Positions 1 through 9,731 of a stretch of 64,000 nucleotides of DNA are shown one piece after another. The stretch lies in contig CAIQOO010000074.1 of NCBI GenBank assembly GCA_903873485.1, forward strand, positions 20,453 to 84,452, read 5' to 3'. How positions within the stretch are numbered: the stretch's first letter is position 1; every line of letters starts with the position of its first letter. The DNA is from an uncultured beta proteobacterium (lineage in GTDB: Bacteria; Pseudomonadota; Gammaproteobacteria; Burkholderiales; Burkholderiaceae_C). The notes beneath the pieces were generated by a model. The model was not told where the DNA came from. It did not search any database and saw only the letters and a list, made by a program, of their open reading frames with translations. A program made the position numbers and the translations under genes.

Positions 1-247
1 CCTTGTAACCGCCACCCATGTCTTCGGTGCCCTTGAGACCCCAGCGCGAGCCTTCCATGATGCCGCTGGCAAGCTGGGTCACGGTGCCGCCTTTCAGGCC
101 GCTGACCGAGGTGATGCCAGCATCGGCCAGGCCATACAGTGTGACACTGGATTGGGCGCTGGCCAGACCGGCGCAGCACAGGGCGCCGGCAACGGCTGCT
201 GATTTGAGGGCAAAGGGCATGGCCGACTTGAGGTTGGAATGATTCAT
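1..247 (-). CDS. Gram-negative porin, 5' part (runs off window start; not in ORF track)
   Basis: Manual minus-strand translation MNHSNLKSAMPFALKSAAVAGALCCAGLASAQSSVTLYGLADAGITSVSG...SRWGLKGTEDMGGGYK; signal peptide plus the SSVTLYG and SRWGLKGxEDLGGG porin motifs shared with the two other porins. Confidence 0.9.
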   Translation of the reverse strand, partial: MNHSNLKSAMPFALKSAAVAGALCCAGLASAQSSVTLYGLADAGITSVSGLKGGTVTQLASGIMEGSRWGLKGTEDMGGGYK

Positions 248-293
248 GATGGTTGAGCAGTGTAGAAAACAAAACAAAAACGGCAAGTTAAAC

Positions 294-305
294 GAACGAC
301 CGTTC
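294..305. promoter_or_regulatory. short dyad GAACG-AC-CGTTC between divergent porin genes, possible repressor operator
   Basis: 5-bp perfect arms about 50 bp upstream of the minus-strand porin start; short, so may be chance. Confidence 0.2.
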
Positions 306-641
306 ACTTTTTTCAATGATGCACTTTTTCGGGGATTTTCTGCACAGGGTTTTCCCGCAACTGGTGCGCTGGATCAAATCTGGACAAAAACACCAACTCT
401 TTGCCACTGTTGAGAAAAATCAAATTTTATTGGTTTGATGGGGGTCGGCAAAGATTGCGGGTTTGTTGCAACTGCGCGACAAAATCAGACCTGTAAAGCC
501 ATTTAATCGCTTGCGCAGGTCTTCAAAAGCAGATTTCAACTGCCTTCATGGTTAAATCGGTTTTGTGATGTTTTGTTCGCTCGTTTGAAACATTTGCACC
601 ACAAGCGTTTCAAATTTTCTGTTTTTTTTTGGAGTTTTGTT

Positions 642-1655
642 ATGAAAAAAAGTCTGATTGCTTTGGCTGTTATGGCCGCATCCGGTGCTTCGTTTGCACA
701 GTCTTCCGTCTCGGTTTATGGTTTGGCTGATATCTGGTTTGGTTCTGTCAAAGTTGATCTGCCAAATGGCAGCAGCACGACCACCACCAAGCTCGATAGC
801 GGTGGAGTGAATACCAGTCGCTGGGGCCTGAAAGGTTCTGAAGATCTCGGTGGTGGTTTGAAGGCCAACTTCAAACTTGAGCAAGCAATTGCGCTTGATA
901 CTGGCGCTGCTTCTGGTTTCTCGCGTTATGCCTACGTCGGTTTTTCTGGCGGTTTTGGTGAAGTCAAGTTGGGAAAAACAGGCACCGCTTACGATGAGGT
1001 CAATGGTTCAGCCAACGCCGTGTTTAACTCTGCCTTGTCGGCTGAAAACTTCGTGTGGACTAACGGCACGTTAGGCGGTCATAGGGGATCCAATGACTAC
1101 AACTGGAATCCCGCCAATACCATTCTCTATCTGTCGCCTGAAATGAGCGGCTTTAGCGGTGCGTTCAGCTACAGCTTGGGTGAAAACAAAACAGCTACAG
1201 TTGATGCAGGCAATATCACGTCGTTCAACCTCAAGTACGCTGCTGGCCCGATTCTGGCCGCTTTTGCGTACCAGAGCGAAAAGGCTACGGGCAATGCCGA
1301 TGAAGAAAAATTTATGCAGTTGAACGGCAGTTACAGCCTCGGCGTAGCTAAGGTATTGGCAGCATACGGCAAGGTAACCAAAAACAACACTGCGGATGTC
1401 AATGAATTCCAGATTGGTGTTGACTATTCAGTGTCACCTGCATTGACGCTGTCTGCCAACTTCGCATCGTCCACGAGTGATTCGTACAAGGGCGCTCCTG
1501 AAGAAAAACGCTCTGGTTTTGGTATTGCTGCAGCTTATTCCTTGTCCAAGCGCACCTTTGTGTATGGTGGTTACAACGGTGCAACCAATGACAATGGCGG
1601 TGGTGGCGATACAAAAGTCGGCTTGTTGGCCGTTGGTGTCCAACACAACTTCTAA
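642..1655 (+). CDS. outer membrane porin (betaproteobacterial trimeric porin family)
   Basis: MKKSLIALAV signal peptide after GGAG RBS at 631-634; SRWGLKGSEDLGGGLKA motif; ends in VQHNF with C-terminal Phe. Confidence 0.95.
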   Translation: MKKSLIALAVMAASGASFAQSSVSVYGLADIWFGSVKVDLPNGSSTTTTKLDSGGVNTSRWGLKGSEDLGGGLKANFKLEQAIALDTGAASGFSRYAYVGFSGGFGEVKLGKTGTAYDEVNGSANAVFNSALSAENFVWTNGTLGGHRGSNDYNWNPANTILYLSPEMSGFSGAFSYSLGENKTATVDAGNITSFNLKYAAGPILAAFAYQSEKATGNADEEKFMQLNGSYSLGVAKVLAAYGKVTKNNTADVNEFQIGVDYSVSPALTLSANFASSTSDSYKGAPEEKRSGFGIAAAYSLSKRTFVYGGYNGATNDNGGGGDTKVGLLAVGVQHNF

Positions 1656-1697
1656 TTGTTTCGGAGTTGGTTGATTCTGGCTTTGATTCAATTCCCT

Positions 1698-1725
1698 AAA
1701 AAAGCCGCCTTCGGGCGGCTTTTTT
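1698..1725 (+). terminator. Rho-independent terminator
   Basis: AAAAAAGCCGCC-TTCG-GGCGGCTTTTTT hairpin with U-tract after the porin stop. Confidence 0.9.
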
Positions 1726-1893
1726 GTTGGGACGATGCGCCGATAGTCGGGTGCAGCTTGCAACCCAACCACGATTTCTTTCAAGCCACTTGGTATCCAC
1801 TCAGCATTCCGACCCCGCAAGCGGGGCAGATGTTCGTGAAGAAACAAAAAAGACAGTGACGGTGGAAATAGCGCAGTGCGTGATTCATATATG

Positions 1894-1950
1894 CCAAATC
1901 AGCCTCTAGCCCCCGTACTGTATGCGCTGATAGCTCTGTTTTTCATATCG
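1894..1950 (+). repeat. 56-bp dispersed element, copy 1 (intergenic)
   Basis: ccaaatcagcctctagcccccgtactgtatgcgctgatagctctgtttttcatatcg matches consensus CAAATnnGCCTCTAGCCCTTAT-n6-GCGC-n3-TAGCTAT-n7-ATAGCA. Confidence 0.8.
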
Positions 1951-2098
1951 TGCTAAAGTTTTTTCTTATGCGCCATGACTGCTTGCAAGGCATCAATGAG
2001 CAAATTGGGAATACTTTTTCGGGTGCGGTGACCGCTGTTCACCTCCGCTTCAAGACGATCAAAAGAACGATCACAAGGACGTTTGGCGGATTGGATGA

Positions 2099-2385
2099 TC
2101 AAAAGTACTGCCGGGCGAAGTTGGCGATTGCCAGAGCAATGACGATGCCCCACCATCCACTGCAATTTGTCGAGCTTGGCATCAAGGCCGTTCATGCGAC
2201 GCTCTACTCTAACCACATCAGCGCGCCGGGTCTGAATGTCTGCCTTGCTCGCCAGAGAAGTATCAGGCACCTCTGCAAAAGCTTCGCGCTGCGCATCTGC
2301 CTGCTGCCGCAGCAAGTTCCCGGCTTGCACCCACTTTTTCCAGGCATTCAACGAACTTCAGGGTGCCGAATGTGATGCGGCTCAT
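2099..2385 (-). pseudogene. DUF1640/CCDC90-like small membrane-anchored coiled-coil protein, two frameshifts
   Basis: Three frames join into one homolog of 3688 and 3935: MSRITFGTLKFVECLEKVGASRE / QADAQREAFAEVPDTSLASKAD...LDKLQWMVG / GIVIALAIANFARQYF-stop. Confidence 0.8.
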
Positions 2386-2590
2386 GCGCCGGAGTTTGCC
2401 TGCCCGGTGCTCCTTTTGCAGGGGCGGGCGTTGTAACAACCCCACATTGGTGCGTTCAATCCATGCCAGACGCTTGAAAACGCTTTGCGCGGATGGGCGG
2501 CTCTGTTTTAATCCACTCAGCTTCTGTTAGAGAAGTGAAACGAAGTGCGAAAAAGCGCTTCAACGAAATCAACAACTTTGGAGTAATTCA

Positions 2591-3565
2591 ATGAAAAAAT
2601 CGCTCGTCGCGCTGGCTGTGCTAGCCGCTTCCGGTGCCGCCATGGCCCAGTCTTCCGTCACTTTGTACGGTGTAGCTGATGTCGGCTTTGCAGTGGAAGA
2701 CAATGGTACAACTTCTACAACCCGCATGGATTCAAGCAACTTGAATGGCAACCGTTGGGGGCTGAAGGGTGCCGAAGACCTCGGCGGTGGCCTGAAAGCC
2801 ATTTTCGTAATCGAAAGCGGGTTTAGCCTTGACACGGGTGCTCAGGCCAGCGCGACATCGCTTTTTAACCGCCAATCTTATGTTGGAGTCAGTGGCGGCT
2901 TCGGTACCGTCAAGTTCGGACGTCAAATGAATTCCGTTTATTCAAATTCCGGCACTTTTGATCCGTTCGGCGATGCGCTGGCTGGTGATACTGCTCGCCT
3001 GCTGAACTACCAAGGCAGCCGCACCGACAATGCGATTACTTACGCCTACGCTGCCAGTGGCTTCCGTGGTGAATTCCAATACGCTTTGGGTGAGGTTGCT
3101 GGCAACAGTTCCGCCAGTCGCATGATTGGTGGCTTTGTGGGTTACAAAAATGGCCCGATCGACGTGGTTTTGACGACTCAAGACACGCGTAATGCAACCG
3201 ATACCGACAGCACCAAGGTGACCTTGTTGGGCGGAAATTACAACTTTGGCTTCGCCAAGGCGTTTTTGACCTTTGACATGGAAAAAGGCACAGGTACAAC
3301 TGACCTGCGTCACCTGGTTGTTGGTGCAACTGTTCCCATCGCTTCTGGCTCACTCATGCTGTCTTACATCCAGCGTCAAGATCAGGTAGTTGATGACAAA
3401 GATGCTGAGCAATTTGCGATTGGCTATACCTATGATTTGTCCAAGCGTACTGCGCTCTACACCAGCTACAGCCGTTTGACGAACGATGCCAAGTCTTCGG
3501 TCAAAGTCGTGAAAGCTGGCGACACAAATTCGTTGTTCAACTTGGGTGTTCGCCACTTCTTCTAA
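2591..3565 (+). CDS. outer membrane porin
   Basis: MKKSLVALAVLA signal peptide, AQSSVTLYG, NRWGLKGAEDLGGGLKA, ends VRHFF; GGAG RBS upstream. Confidence 0.95.
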   Translation: MKKSLVALAVLAASGAAMAQSSVTLYGVADVGFAVEDNGTTSTTRMDSSNLNGNRWGLKGAEDLGGGLKAIFVIESGFSLDTGAQASATSLFNRQSYVGVSGGFGTVKFGRQMNSVYSNSGTFDPFGDALAGDTARLLNYQGSRTDNAITYAYAASGFRGEFQYALGEVAGNSSASRMIGGFVGYKNGPIDVVLTTQDTRNATDTDSTKVTLLGGNYNFGFAKAFLTFDMEKGTGTTDLRHLVVGATVPIASGSLMLSYIQRQDQVVDDKDAEQFAIGYTYDLSKRTALYTSYSRLTNDAKSSVKVVKAGDTNSLFNLGVRHFF

Positions 3566-3602
3566 TCCAGCGCTGGCGCAAGCCAGTTGAAGCTGAAAGT
3601 TC

Positions 3603-3637
3603 AAAACCTCGCCCGGGCAACCCGGCGGGGTTTTTTT
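3603..3637 (+). terminator. Rho-independent terminator
   Basis: aaaacctcgcccggg-caa-cccggcggggttttttt hairpin with U-tract. Confidence 0.8.
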
Positions 3638-3687
3638 GTTGGCTATCGTCGCACACCACTTGACATCAAAATGCTAAACTTTCAGCC

Positions 3688-3954
3688 ATGTCCACCATCA
3701 CCTTTGACACTCACAAATTTGTTCGAAGACTCCAAGAAGCCGGCTTTGACGAGAAGCAAGCCGAGGGCCTGACTGAGGCGATGCGTGCAGCCATTGATGA
3801 GACTGAGTTGGTTACAAAAAAAGATTTGCAGATTGAGCTGGCACCCGTCAAGGCCGACCTGAATCTATTGAAATGGATGATGGGCGCCCTGGTCGCCATC
3901 GCCGTCGCCAACTTTTCAAAGCCGACTTTCCTTTATGGCTACCATTACTTTTGA
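3688..3954 (+). CDS. DUF1640/CCDC90-like protein (head, coiled coil, C-terminal TM anchor)
   Basis: TITFDTHKFVRRLQEAGFDEKQAE head, xTKxDL neck, KWMMGALVAIAVANFSK anchor; overlaps next start by 20 nt. Confidence 0.75.
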   Translation: MSTITFDTHKFVRRLQEAGFDEKQAEGLTEAMRAAIDETELVTKKDLQIELAPVKADLNLLKWMMGALVAIAVANFSKPTFLYGYHYF

Positions 3955-4201
3955 CACCCATAAGTTCGTTCGAAAGCTTCAAGAAGCCGGTTTTGATGAA
4001 AAACAGGCCGAGGGCCTGACGGAGGCATTGCGCGCTGCGATCGATGATTCCGGGCTGGTCACGCGGCGTGATTTGCGCGAGTTTGAGTTGCGGCTGGATC
4101 CACGATTTGAAAGTATCAAAGGGGATATGTCGCTTGTGAAGTGGATGATGGGCGCCTTGATTGCCATCTCTGTCGCCAACTTCTCGAAACAGTTTTTCTG
4201 A
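3935..4201 (+). CDS. DUF1640/CCDC90-like protein, tandem paralog
   Basis: 34 of the first 37 aa identical to the 3688 gene; KWMMGALIAISVANFSKQFF anchor. Confidence 0.8.
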   Translation: MATITFDTHKFVRKLQEAGFDEKQAEGLTEALRAAIDDSGLVTRRDLREFELRLDPRFESIKGDMSLVKWMMGALIAISVANFSKQFF

Positions 4202-4245
4202 GTGCCAAAGCCGATGAAGCAAGCCCGGCTGGCGACCGCTGTGGC

Positions 4246-6114
4246 TTATTCCACCGTCACTGATTTGGCCAGGTTGCGCGGCTTGTCCACATCGGTGCCC
4301 CGGGCGCAGGCCGTGTGGTAGGCCAGCAACTGCAGCGGCACCACGTGCAACAGGGGTGAGAGCTGGCCGTAGTTCTCTGGCATCCGGATCACGTGCAGGC
4401 CGTCGCCGCTGTTTATGCGCGAATCCGCATCGGCCAGCACATACAGCACGCCGCCACGGGCACGCACCTCATGCATGTTGCTCTTGAGTTTTTCCAGCAG
4501 CGCGTCATTGGGGGCGACGGTGACCACCGGCATGGCGCTGGTCACCAGTGCCAGCGGGCCGTGCTTGAGTTCGCCGGCCGGATAGGCCTCGGCATGGATG
4601 TAGCTGATTTCCTTGAGCTTCAGGGCGCCTTCAAGGGCAATCGGGTAATGCAGGCCACGGCCCAGAAACAGCGCATTTTCTTTGGCGGTAAAGTCTTGCG
4701 CCCAGGCGATCACCTGCGGCTCCAGCGCCAGCACTGCCTGCAATGCGGCGGGCAAGTGGCGCAGCGACTTGATATGGCGCGCCTCCTCGACATCGCTGAG
4801 CCGCCCGCGCGACTGGGCCAGTGCCAGTGTCAGCAAAAACAGCCCGGCCAACTGTGCGGTGAAGGCCTTGGTCGAGGCCACGCCAATTTCCACCCCGGCG
4901 CGGGTGATGTAGGCCAGTTCGCATTCGCGCACCATGGCGCTGCTGGCCACGTTGCAGACCGTCAGGGTGTGTGTCATGCCCAGACTGGTGGCGTGGCGCA
5001 GCGCTGCCAGGGTGTCGGCGGTTTCGCCGCTTTGGCTGATGCTGACCACCAGCATGCGCGGGTTGGGCACCGATTCGCGGTAGCGGTATTCGCTGGCCAC
5101 CTCCACCTGGGTCGGTATTTTGGCGATGCTCTCCAGCCAGTATTTGGCGGTGCAGCCGCTGTAGTAGCTGGTGCCGCAAGCCAGAATCAGCACCGAATCA
5201 ATCTCTTTGAAGACCCGCGCCGCGCTGGCATGGGCGCCGTCAAACAACTCCGGCATGATGTTGTCCACACCCTGCAAGGTGTCGGCAATGGCGCGCGGCT
5301 GCTCAAAAATCTCTTTTTGCATGTAGTGGCGGTATGGCCCCAGTTCTGCCGCACCGCTATGGGCATGGACCGTTTTGACCGGGCGTTGCGCTGGCGTGAG
5401 CGCCTTGAAGGCCTTGTCTGCCAGCCAGTATTTACCCAGTTGGATATCGGCCACGTCACCTTCTTCCAGATAAATAATCTGGTCGGTGACACCCGCCAGG
5501 GCCATCGCGTCACTGGCCAGGTAGTGCGCCTGAGCGTCTGCGCCAACACCCAGAATCAGCGGCGAGCCGGCGCGTGCACCCACCAGCCGGTGCGGCTCGT
5601 CCTTGCAAAATACGGCAATCGCGTAGGCACCACGCAGTGAAACCAGAGCGGCTTTGACGGCATCAAACAAGTCACCGTCATACAGGCTGTCGATCAGGTG
5701 GGCAATCACTTCGGTATCGGTCTGGCTTTGAAACACATAGCCTTTGGCCTGCAGGGTGGCCCGCAATTCGTCGTGGTTTTCAATGATGCCGTTATGCACC
5801 AGCGCAATGCGGCCGGGTCGCTGGCCGGCATCGATGCCGGGGCCGTGGCTGAAATGCGGGTGTGCGTTGTGTACGGCAGGCGCACCATGGGTGGCCCAGC
5901 GGGTATGCGCAATGCCGGTGCTGCCCGCCAACTGCGTGCTGCTGATCTGCTCCATTAGCTCGGCGACCCGCGAAGTGCTGCGCGCGCGCTGCAAGCCATT
6001 GGCATACACCGCCACGCCGCAAGAGTCATAGCCGCGGTATTCCAGCCGGGCCAAACCTTGCACCAGAATCGGGACGATATTTTTGGTTGAGACTGCACCG
6101 ACAATGCCACACAT
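4246..6114 (-). CDS. glmS: glutamine--fructose-6-phosphate aminotransferase (isomerizing)
   Basis: N-terminal MCGIVG nucleophile, [27 protein letters not shown]-terminal [13 protein letters not shown]. Confidence 0.98.
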   Translation of the reverse strand: MCGIVGAVSTKNIVPILVQGLARLEYRGYDSCGVAVYANGLQRARSTSRVAELMEQISSTQLAGSTGIAHTRWATHGAPAVHNAHPHFSHGPGIDAGQRPGRIALVHNGIIENHDELRATLQAKGYVFQSQTDTEVIAHLIDSLYDGDLFDAVKAALVSLRGAYAIAVFCKDEPHRLVGARAGSPLILGVGADAQAHYLASDAMALAGVTDQIIYLEEGDVADIQLGKYWLADKAFKALTPAQRPVKTVHAHSGAAELGPYRHYMQKEIFEQPRAIADTLQGVDNIMPELFDGAHASAARVFKEIDSVLILACGTSYYSGCTAKYWLESIAKIPTQVEVASEYRYRESVPNPRMLVVSISQSGETADTLAALRHATSLGMTHTLTVCNVASSAMVRECELAYITRAGVEIGVASTKAFTAQLAGLFLLTLALAQSRGRLSDVEEARHIKSLRHLPAALQAVLALEPQVIAWAQDFTAKENALFLGRGLHYPIALEGALKLKEISYIHAEAYPAGELKHGPLALVTSAMPVVTVAPNDALLEKLKSNMHEVRARGGVLYVLADADSRINSGDGLHVIRMPENYGQLSPLLHVVPLQLLAYHTACARGTDVDKPRNLAKSVTVE

Positions 6115-6295
6115 AAACTGCTCCTTGAATGAGACCTTGATGTTAGAGATGTCAATGTGAAATAGGTGTTCAATTTTTTGTTATATTTGATTTTTTATTT
6201 CTACAATAATTTGCTTTGAAGTTTTATTTCAATATAAGCTGAATTTCGAATGAAAACATCATTGTCTTTTCGTCATTTTTTGTCGGCACAGGCGC

Positions 6296-6805
6296 ATGGA
6301 CGCGCCTGAGCTTGACGCAATTGACCTGCAGTTGCTGACGCGGTTGCAGCTTGATTCGTCCCTGAGCAACCAGGCTTTGGCCGAACTGGTGCATGTGTCG
6401 CCGCCAACTTGCCTGCGTCGCGTCAAGCGGCTGCATGAGGCCGGGCTGATTGAGCGCGAAATCGCCGTGCTCAGTGTTGACATTCTGGCCCGGGTGCTCG
6501 GTTATGGCTTGACGGCGCTGCTGGAGGTCACGCTGGACCGGCAAGACCAGGCCGCGCTCGAAGCCTTTGAGCAGCGCGTCATGCAAGAAGACGCAGTGCA
6601 GCAGTGTTACCGGGTGTCGCCGGGTCCGGACTTTTGTCTGGTGGTGCATGCCGCCAACATGCCCGACTACCTGGCGTTAACCCAGCGGCTGCTGACGGCC
6701 GATGCCAATGTGCGCAATGTAAAAACTTTTTTCAGCATCAAGCGCAGCAAATTTGGCGCCCGGCTGCCGCTGCCCAAAACGACGCATTGGGCGCCATCGG
6801 GGTGA
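6296..6805 (+). CDS. Lrp/AsnC family transcriptional regulator, divergent from glmS
   Basis: LDAIDLQLLTRLQ...SNQALAELVHVSPPTCLRRVKRLHEAGLI HTH; C-terminal RAM-like domain. Confidence 0.93.
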   Translation: MDAPELDAIDLQLLTRLQLDSSLSNQALAELVHVSPPTCLRRVKRLHEAGLIEREIAVLSVDILARVLGYGLTALLEVTLDRQDQAALEAFEQRVMQEDAVQQCYRVSPGPDFCLVVHAANMPDYLALTQRLLTADANVRNVKTFFSIKRSKFGARLPLPKTTHWAPSG

Positions 6806-6807
6806 CG

Positions 6808-7800
6808 CTAGGCCACCAGCGCCAGTGCGCCAAAGTCGCCGACTTTTTCACCCAGGCCGGCGCTGACCAGTTCGCAGCCATCGGTCAGTGGCGGCAACTT
6901 GCCATGAATCGCGTTGCGCAGACGCGGCAGCAGGTAGTCGCGGTGGTGCCAATAGACACTGCCGCCGATGCTGATGCGCGCCAGGTCGAGCGTGGCGATC
7001 AGGTTGTAGAGCATCCTCCCCATCACCTCACATATATCATCAATAATGGCTGTAGCCCTTATGTCACCTGCGTAAGCTGCTATAAAAAGACTAGCTGAGT
7101 CAGCGTAACCGGACGGTGCAAAACGCCGTGCCAGGGCATTGCCGGCAATCAGGCTTTCGACATCGCCGACGTTGCCGCAGCCGCACAGCGCGTCATCGTT
7201 GTCGCTGACAAAAATATGACCGGCATGACCGGCATTACCGTTTTTGCCGCGCAGCACACGGCCATCGACACACAGCCCGGTGCCAATGCCGGTGCTCCAG
7301 GTGACATAAGCACAGTTGTCCAGCGCCACACCATCAAGTTGCAAAGCGCCCCAGCGCCGCTCGGCCTCCAGCGCGCCAATCCCATCGTTCTCGACCCGTA
7401 CATGGGCAAAAGCGGCGCGCAGTGGCGCTTCTAGCAAGGCGGTTTTCCAGTCATTGGGCAAACCGCGTGCCCGTCCAGCCAGTCCGCCACAGATATTGGG
7501 CGTGGCCAGTTCGACCTGGCCACGATGGCGCACAAACGGCCCGCATGATGCCACACCGACCCGGGCAATGCGCTCCACCGGCACACCCGAAGCAGCACAG
7601 CTCTGGCCGATCAGCCGAATGATCTGCTGGCCCAGCGCATCGTTGCTGCCAGAGGTGGCAGTCGGCTCGAAAACCTTGCCGCGAACGCCTTGCGCATCGA
7701 CGATATTGACCGCTACCTTGGTGCCGCCAATATCGACACAGGCCACAGGTGCGGCGCCAACCGGCAGCCTGAAACCATCCAGCAATATATTTGAGCTCAT
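6808..7800 (-). CDS. ROK family sugar kinase-like protein
   Basis: DIGGTK ATP motif, ENDG, STGIGTG, GNAGHAGH, CGCGNVG. Confidence 0.88.
   Translation of the reverse strand: MSSNILLDGFRLPVGAAPVACVDIGGTKVAVNIVDAQGVRGKVFEPTATSGSNDALGQQIIRLIGQSCAASGVPVERIARVGVASCGPFVRHRGQVELATPNICGGLAGRARGLPNDWKTALLEAPLRAAFAHVRVENDGIGALEAERRWGALQLDGVALDNCAYVTWSTGIGTGLCVDGRVLRGKNGNAGHAGHIFVSDNDDALCGCGNVGDVESLIAGNALARRFAPSGYADSASLFIAAYAGDIRATAIIDDICEVMGRMLYNLIATLDLARISIGGSVYWHHRDYLLPRLRNAIHGKLPPLTDGCELVSAGLGEKVGDFGALALVA
7041..7096 (+). repeat. 56-bp dispersed element, copy 2 (inside ROK CDS)
   Basis: caataatggctgtagcccttatgtcacctgcgtaagctgctataaaaagactagc; AT-rich patch within a GC-rich CDS. Confidence 0.75.
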
Positions 7801-7856
7801 AAAATCTGTCCTGAAACATTGACCCCCCGAGTATCACGCACGACCGTAGTCATCGC

Positions 7857-8294
<438 letters not shown>

Positions 8295-8358
8295 GGCAGT
8301 ACCTTTCTGAACAAGCAAATTGCGGCAATTGCTGCTTTTTCAAGCGTGCCGGGTGACA

Positions 8359-8553
8359 TCAGAGCACTTTTGAGATGCCTGCAGCCACCAGACTCAAAAT
8401 GATGGTGGTGGTCAGCGGGATAAAAATCTGGCGGCCAAAAATCTTGAAACGCAGGTCGCCCGGCAGTCGGCCAAAACCGAGCTTTTGCAGCCAGGGCGTA
8501 AAGCCGTTGATCAAAATCAGCGCCAATAAAACAACGATCAGCCAGCGGATCAT
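8359..8553 (-). CDS. DUF2905-like small membrane protein
   Basis: 64 aa, two hydrophobic segments around the GRLPGD motif. Confidence 0.8.
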   Translation of the reverse strand: MIRWLIVVLLALILINGFTPWLQKLGFGRLPGDLRFKIFGRQIFIPLTTTIILSLVAAGISKVL

Positions 8554-8568
8554 GGGGTGATGGCCTGG

Positions 8569-9711
8569 TTACAGCGTGTGCGTTTTGTCGCCATGCGCAA
8601 AGCCGAGTGCTTGCCAGGGCGCGCCCTGGTAAAAACCGATCACCTTGAACAACTCGCCCATTTCATGCTCCATCAGCAGTTTTTGTGCCATCACCCGGGT
8701 TGGCAGGTCGGCCGCCTGCAGTTGCGCGGGCAAACCACAGTTGATCAAAAAGTGTGCCTGGTTGCAGTAGCCCAGCACACCCAGACCGGCCGTATTGCCA
8801 GCCAGCGCCAGACCGGTGAAGTTGACATGCGCGGTGATGTCTTTTTGACCGACATTGGTCAGCGGATCTGTATCGGCCTGATGCGCCTGGTGGCACATCA
8901 CCGTGCCCATGTGCCGCTGCGGGTGGTAATACTCGGCTTCAGGAAAGCCGTAATCGATGAAAAAGGCCGCGCCGCGCACCAGTTTGTCACCGAGCGTGCG
9001 CAGCAAGGATTCGCCCTGCAAGTGAATTTCGGTCAGGTAATCATGCGCACCCGCCACCGGCAGCGGCGGGCGCAACTCGGTCGGGCGGTCTTGCCAGACG
9101 AATGTGGGGCTGCCATCCATTGCCTCCGCGCCCAAAGCCACGCCGCGTTCGTGCCAGAACCCCTGGCTGCGCGCCAGCAACTTGACCGGCACGGCATCCA
9201 GCAATTCATTGCCCAGCAGCACGCCTGACAGTTGTTGCGGCAAGGCATCGACCCAGCGCACCTGCGCTTCAAACCCGGCCAAAGTGGCGCGCTGGCGCTG
9301 GCGCAGACTGCCTGAAATATCGACGATGGTGTAACGCTGCAATGGCACGCCCTGCGCCTGCAAGGCTTGCAGCACCTGCAAGGCCAGCGCACCCGAGCCG
9401 GCGCCAAACTCCCACACTTCGGTGGTGCCGGTTACCTGCAGGGCCTGCGCCACCTGCTGCGCCAGGGTCCAGCCAAACAAGGGGCTTAGCTCGGGCGCGG
9501 TGACAAAGTCGCTGCCGGCAACCCGCAACCCATCCTGCATGGCGTAGGGCAAGCGGCCAAACTTGGCACTGTCGCAGGCGTAATAGCCCAACTCTGGCGT
9601 GTACAAGGCCAAGTGCATGAAGGCATCAAAGCCAATCCAGCCCGCTGCGTCATGGATGTCTTGTGCAATTTTGCGGCACAGCGCGCTCGTTAAACTCGGG
9701 GGTGATGTCAT
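8569..9711 (-). CDS. SAM-dependent methyltransferase, MidA/NDUFAF7 family
   Basis: FMHLALY, DFVTAPELS, EFGAGSG, NELLDA, FIDYG, DITAHVNF, EHEMGELFKV motifs. Confidence 0.9.
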   Translation of the reverse strand: MTSPPSLTSALCRKIAQDIHDAAGWIGFDAFMHLALYTPELGYYACDSAKFGRLPYAMQDGLRVAGSDFVTAPELSPLFGWTLAQQVAQALQVTGTTEVWEFGAGSGALALQVLQALQAQGVPLQRYTIVDISGSLRQRQRATLAGFEAQVRWVDALPQQLSGVLLGNELLDAVPVKLLARSQGFWHERGVALGAEAMDGSPTFVWQDRPTELRPPLPVAGAHDYLTEIHLQGESLLRTLGDKLVRGAAFFIDYGFPEAEYYHPQRHMGTVMCHQAHQADTDPLTNVGQKDITAHVNFTGLALAGNTAGLGVLGYCNQAHFLINCGLPAQLQAADLPTRVMAQKLLMEHEMGELFKVIGFYQGAPWQALGFAHGDKTHTL

Positions 9712-9731
9712 AGCCTGTGGATTGTCCTTGA

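Noticed and set aside
1950-2375. Plus-strand 141-aa ORF and minus-strand 132-aa ORF as intact genes
   Set aside because: Better explained as frames overlapping the frameshifted DUF1640 pseudogene.
6115-6295. glmS ribozyme upstream of glmS
   Set aside because: Region is a short AT-rich divergent promoter with no recognisable ribozyme core; that riboswitch is mainly Gram-positive.
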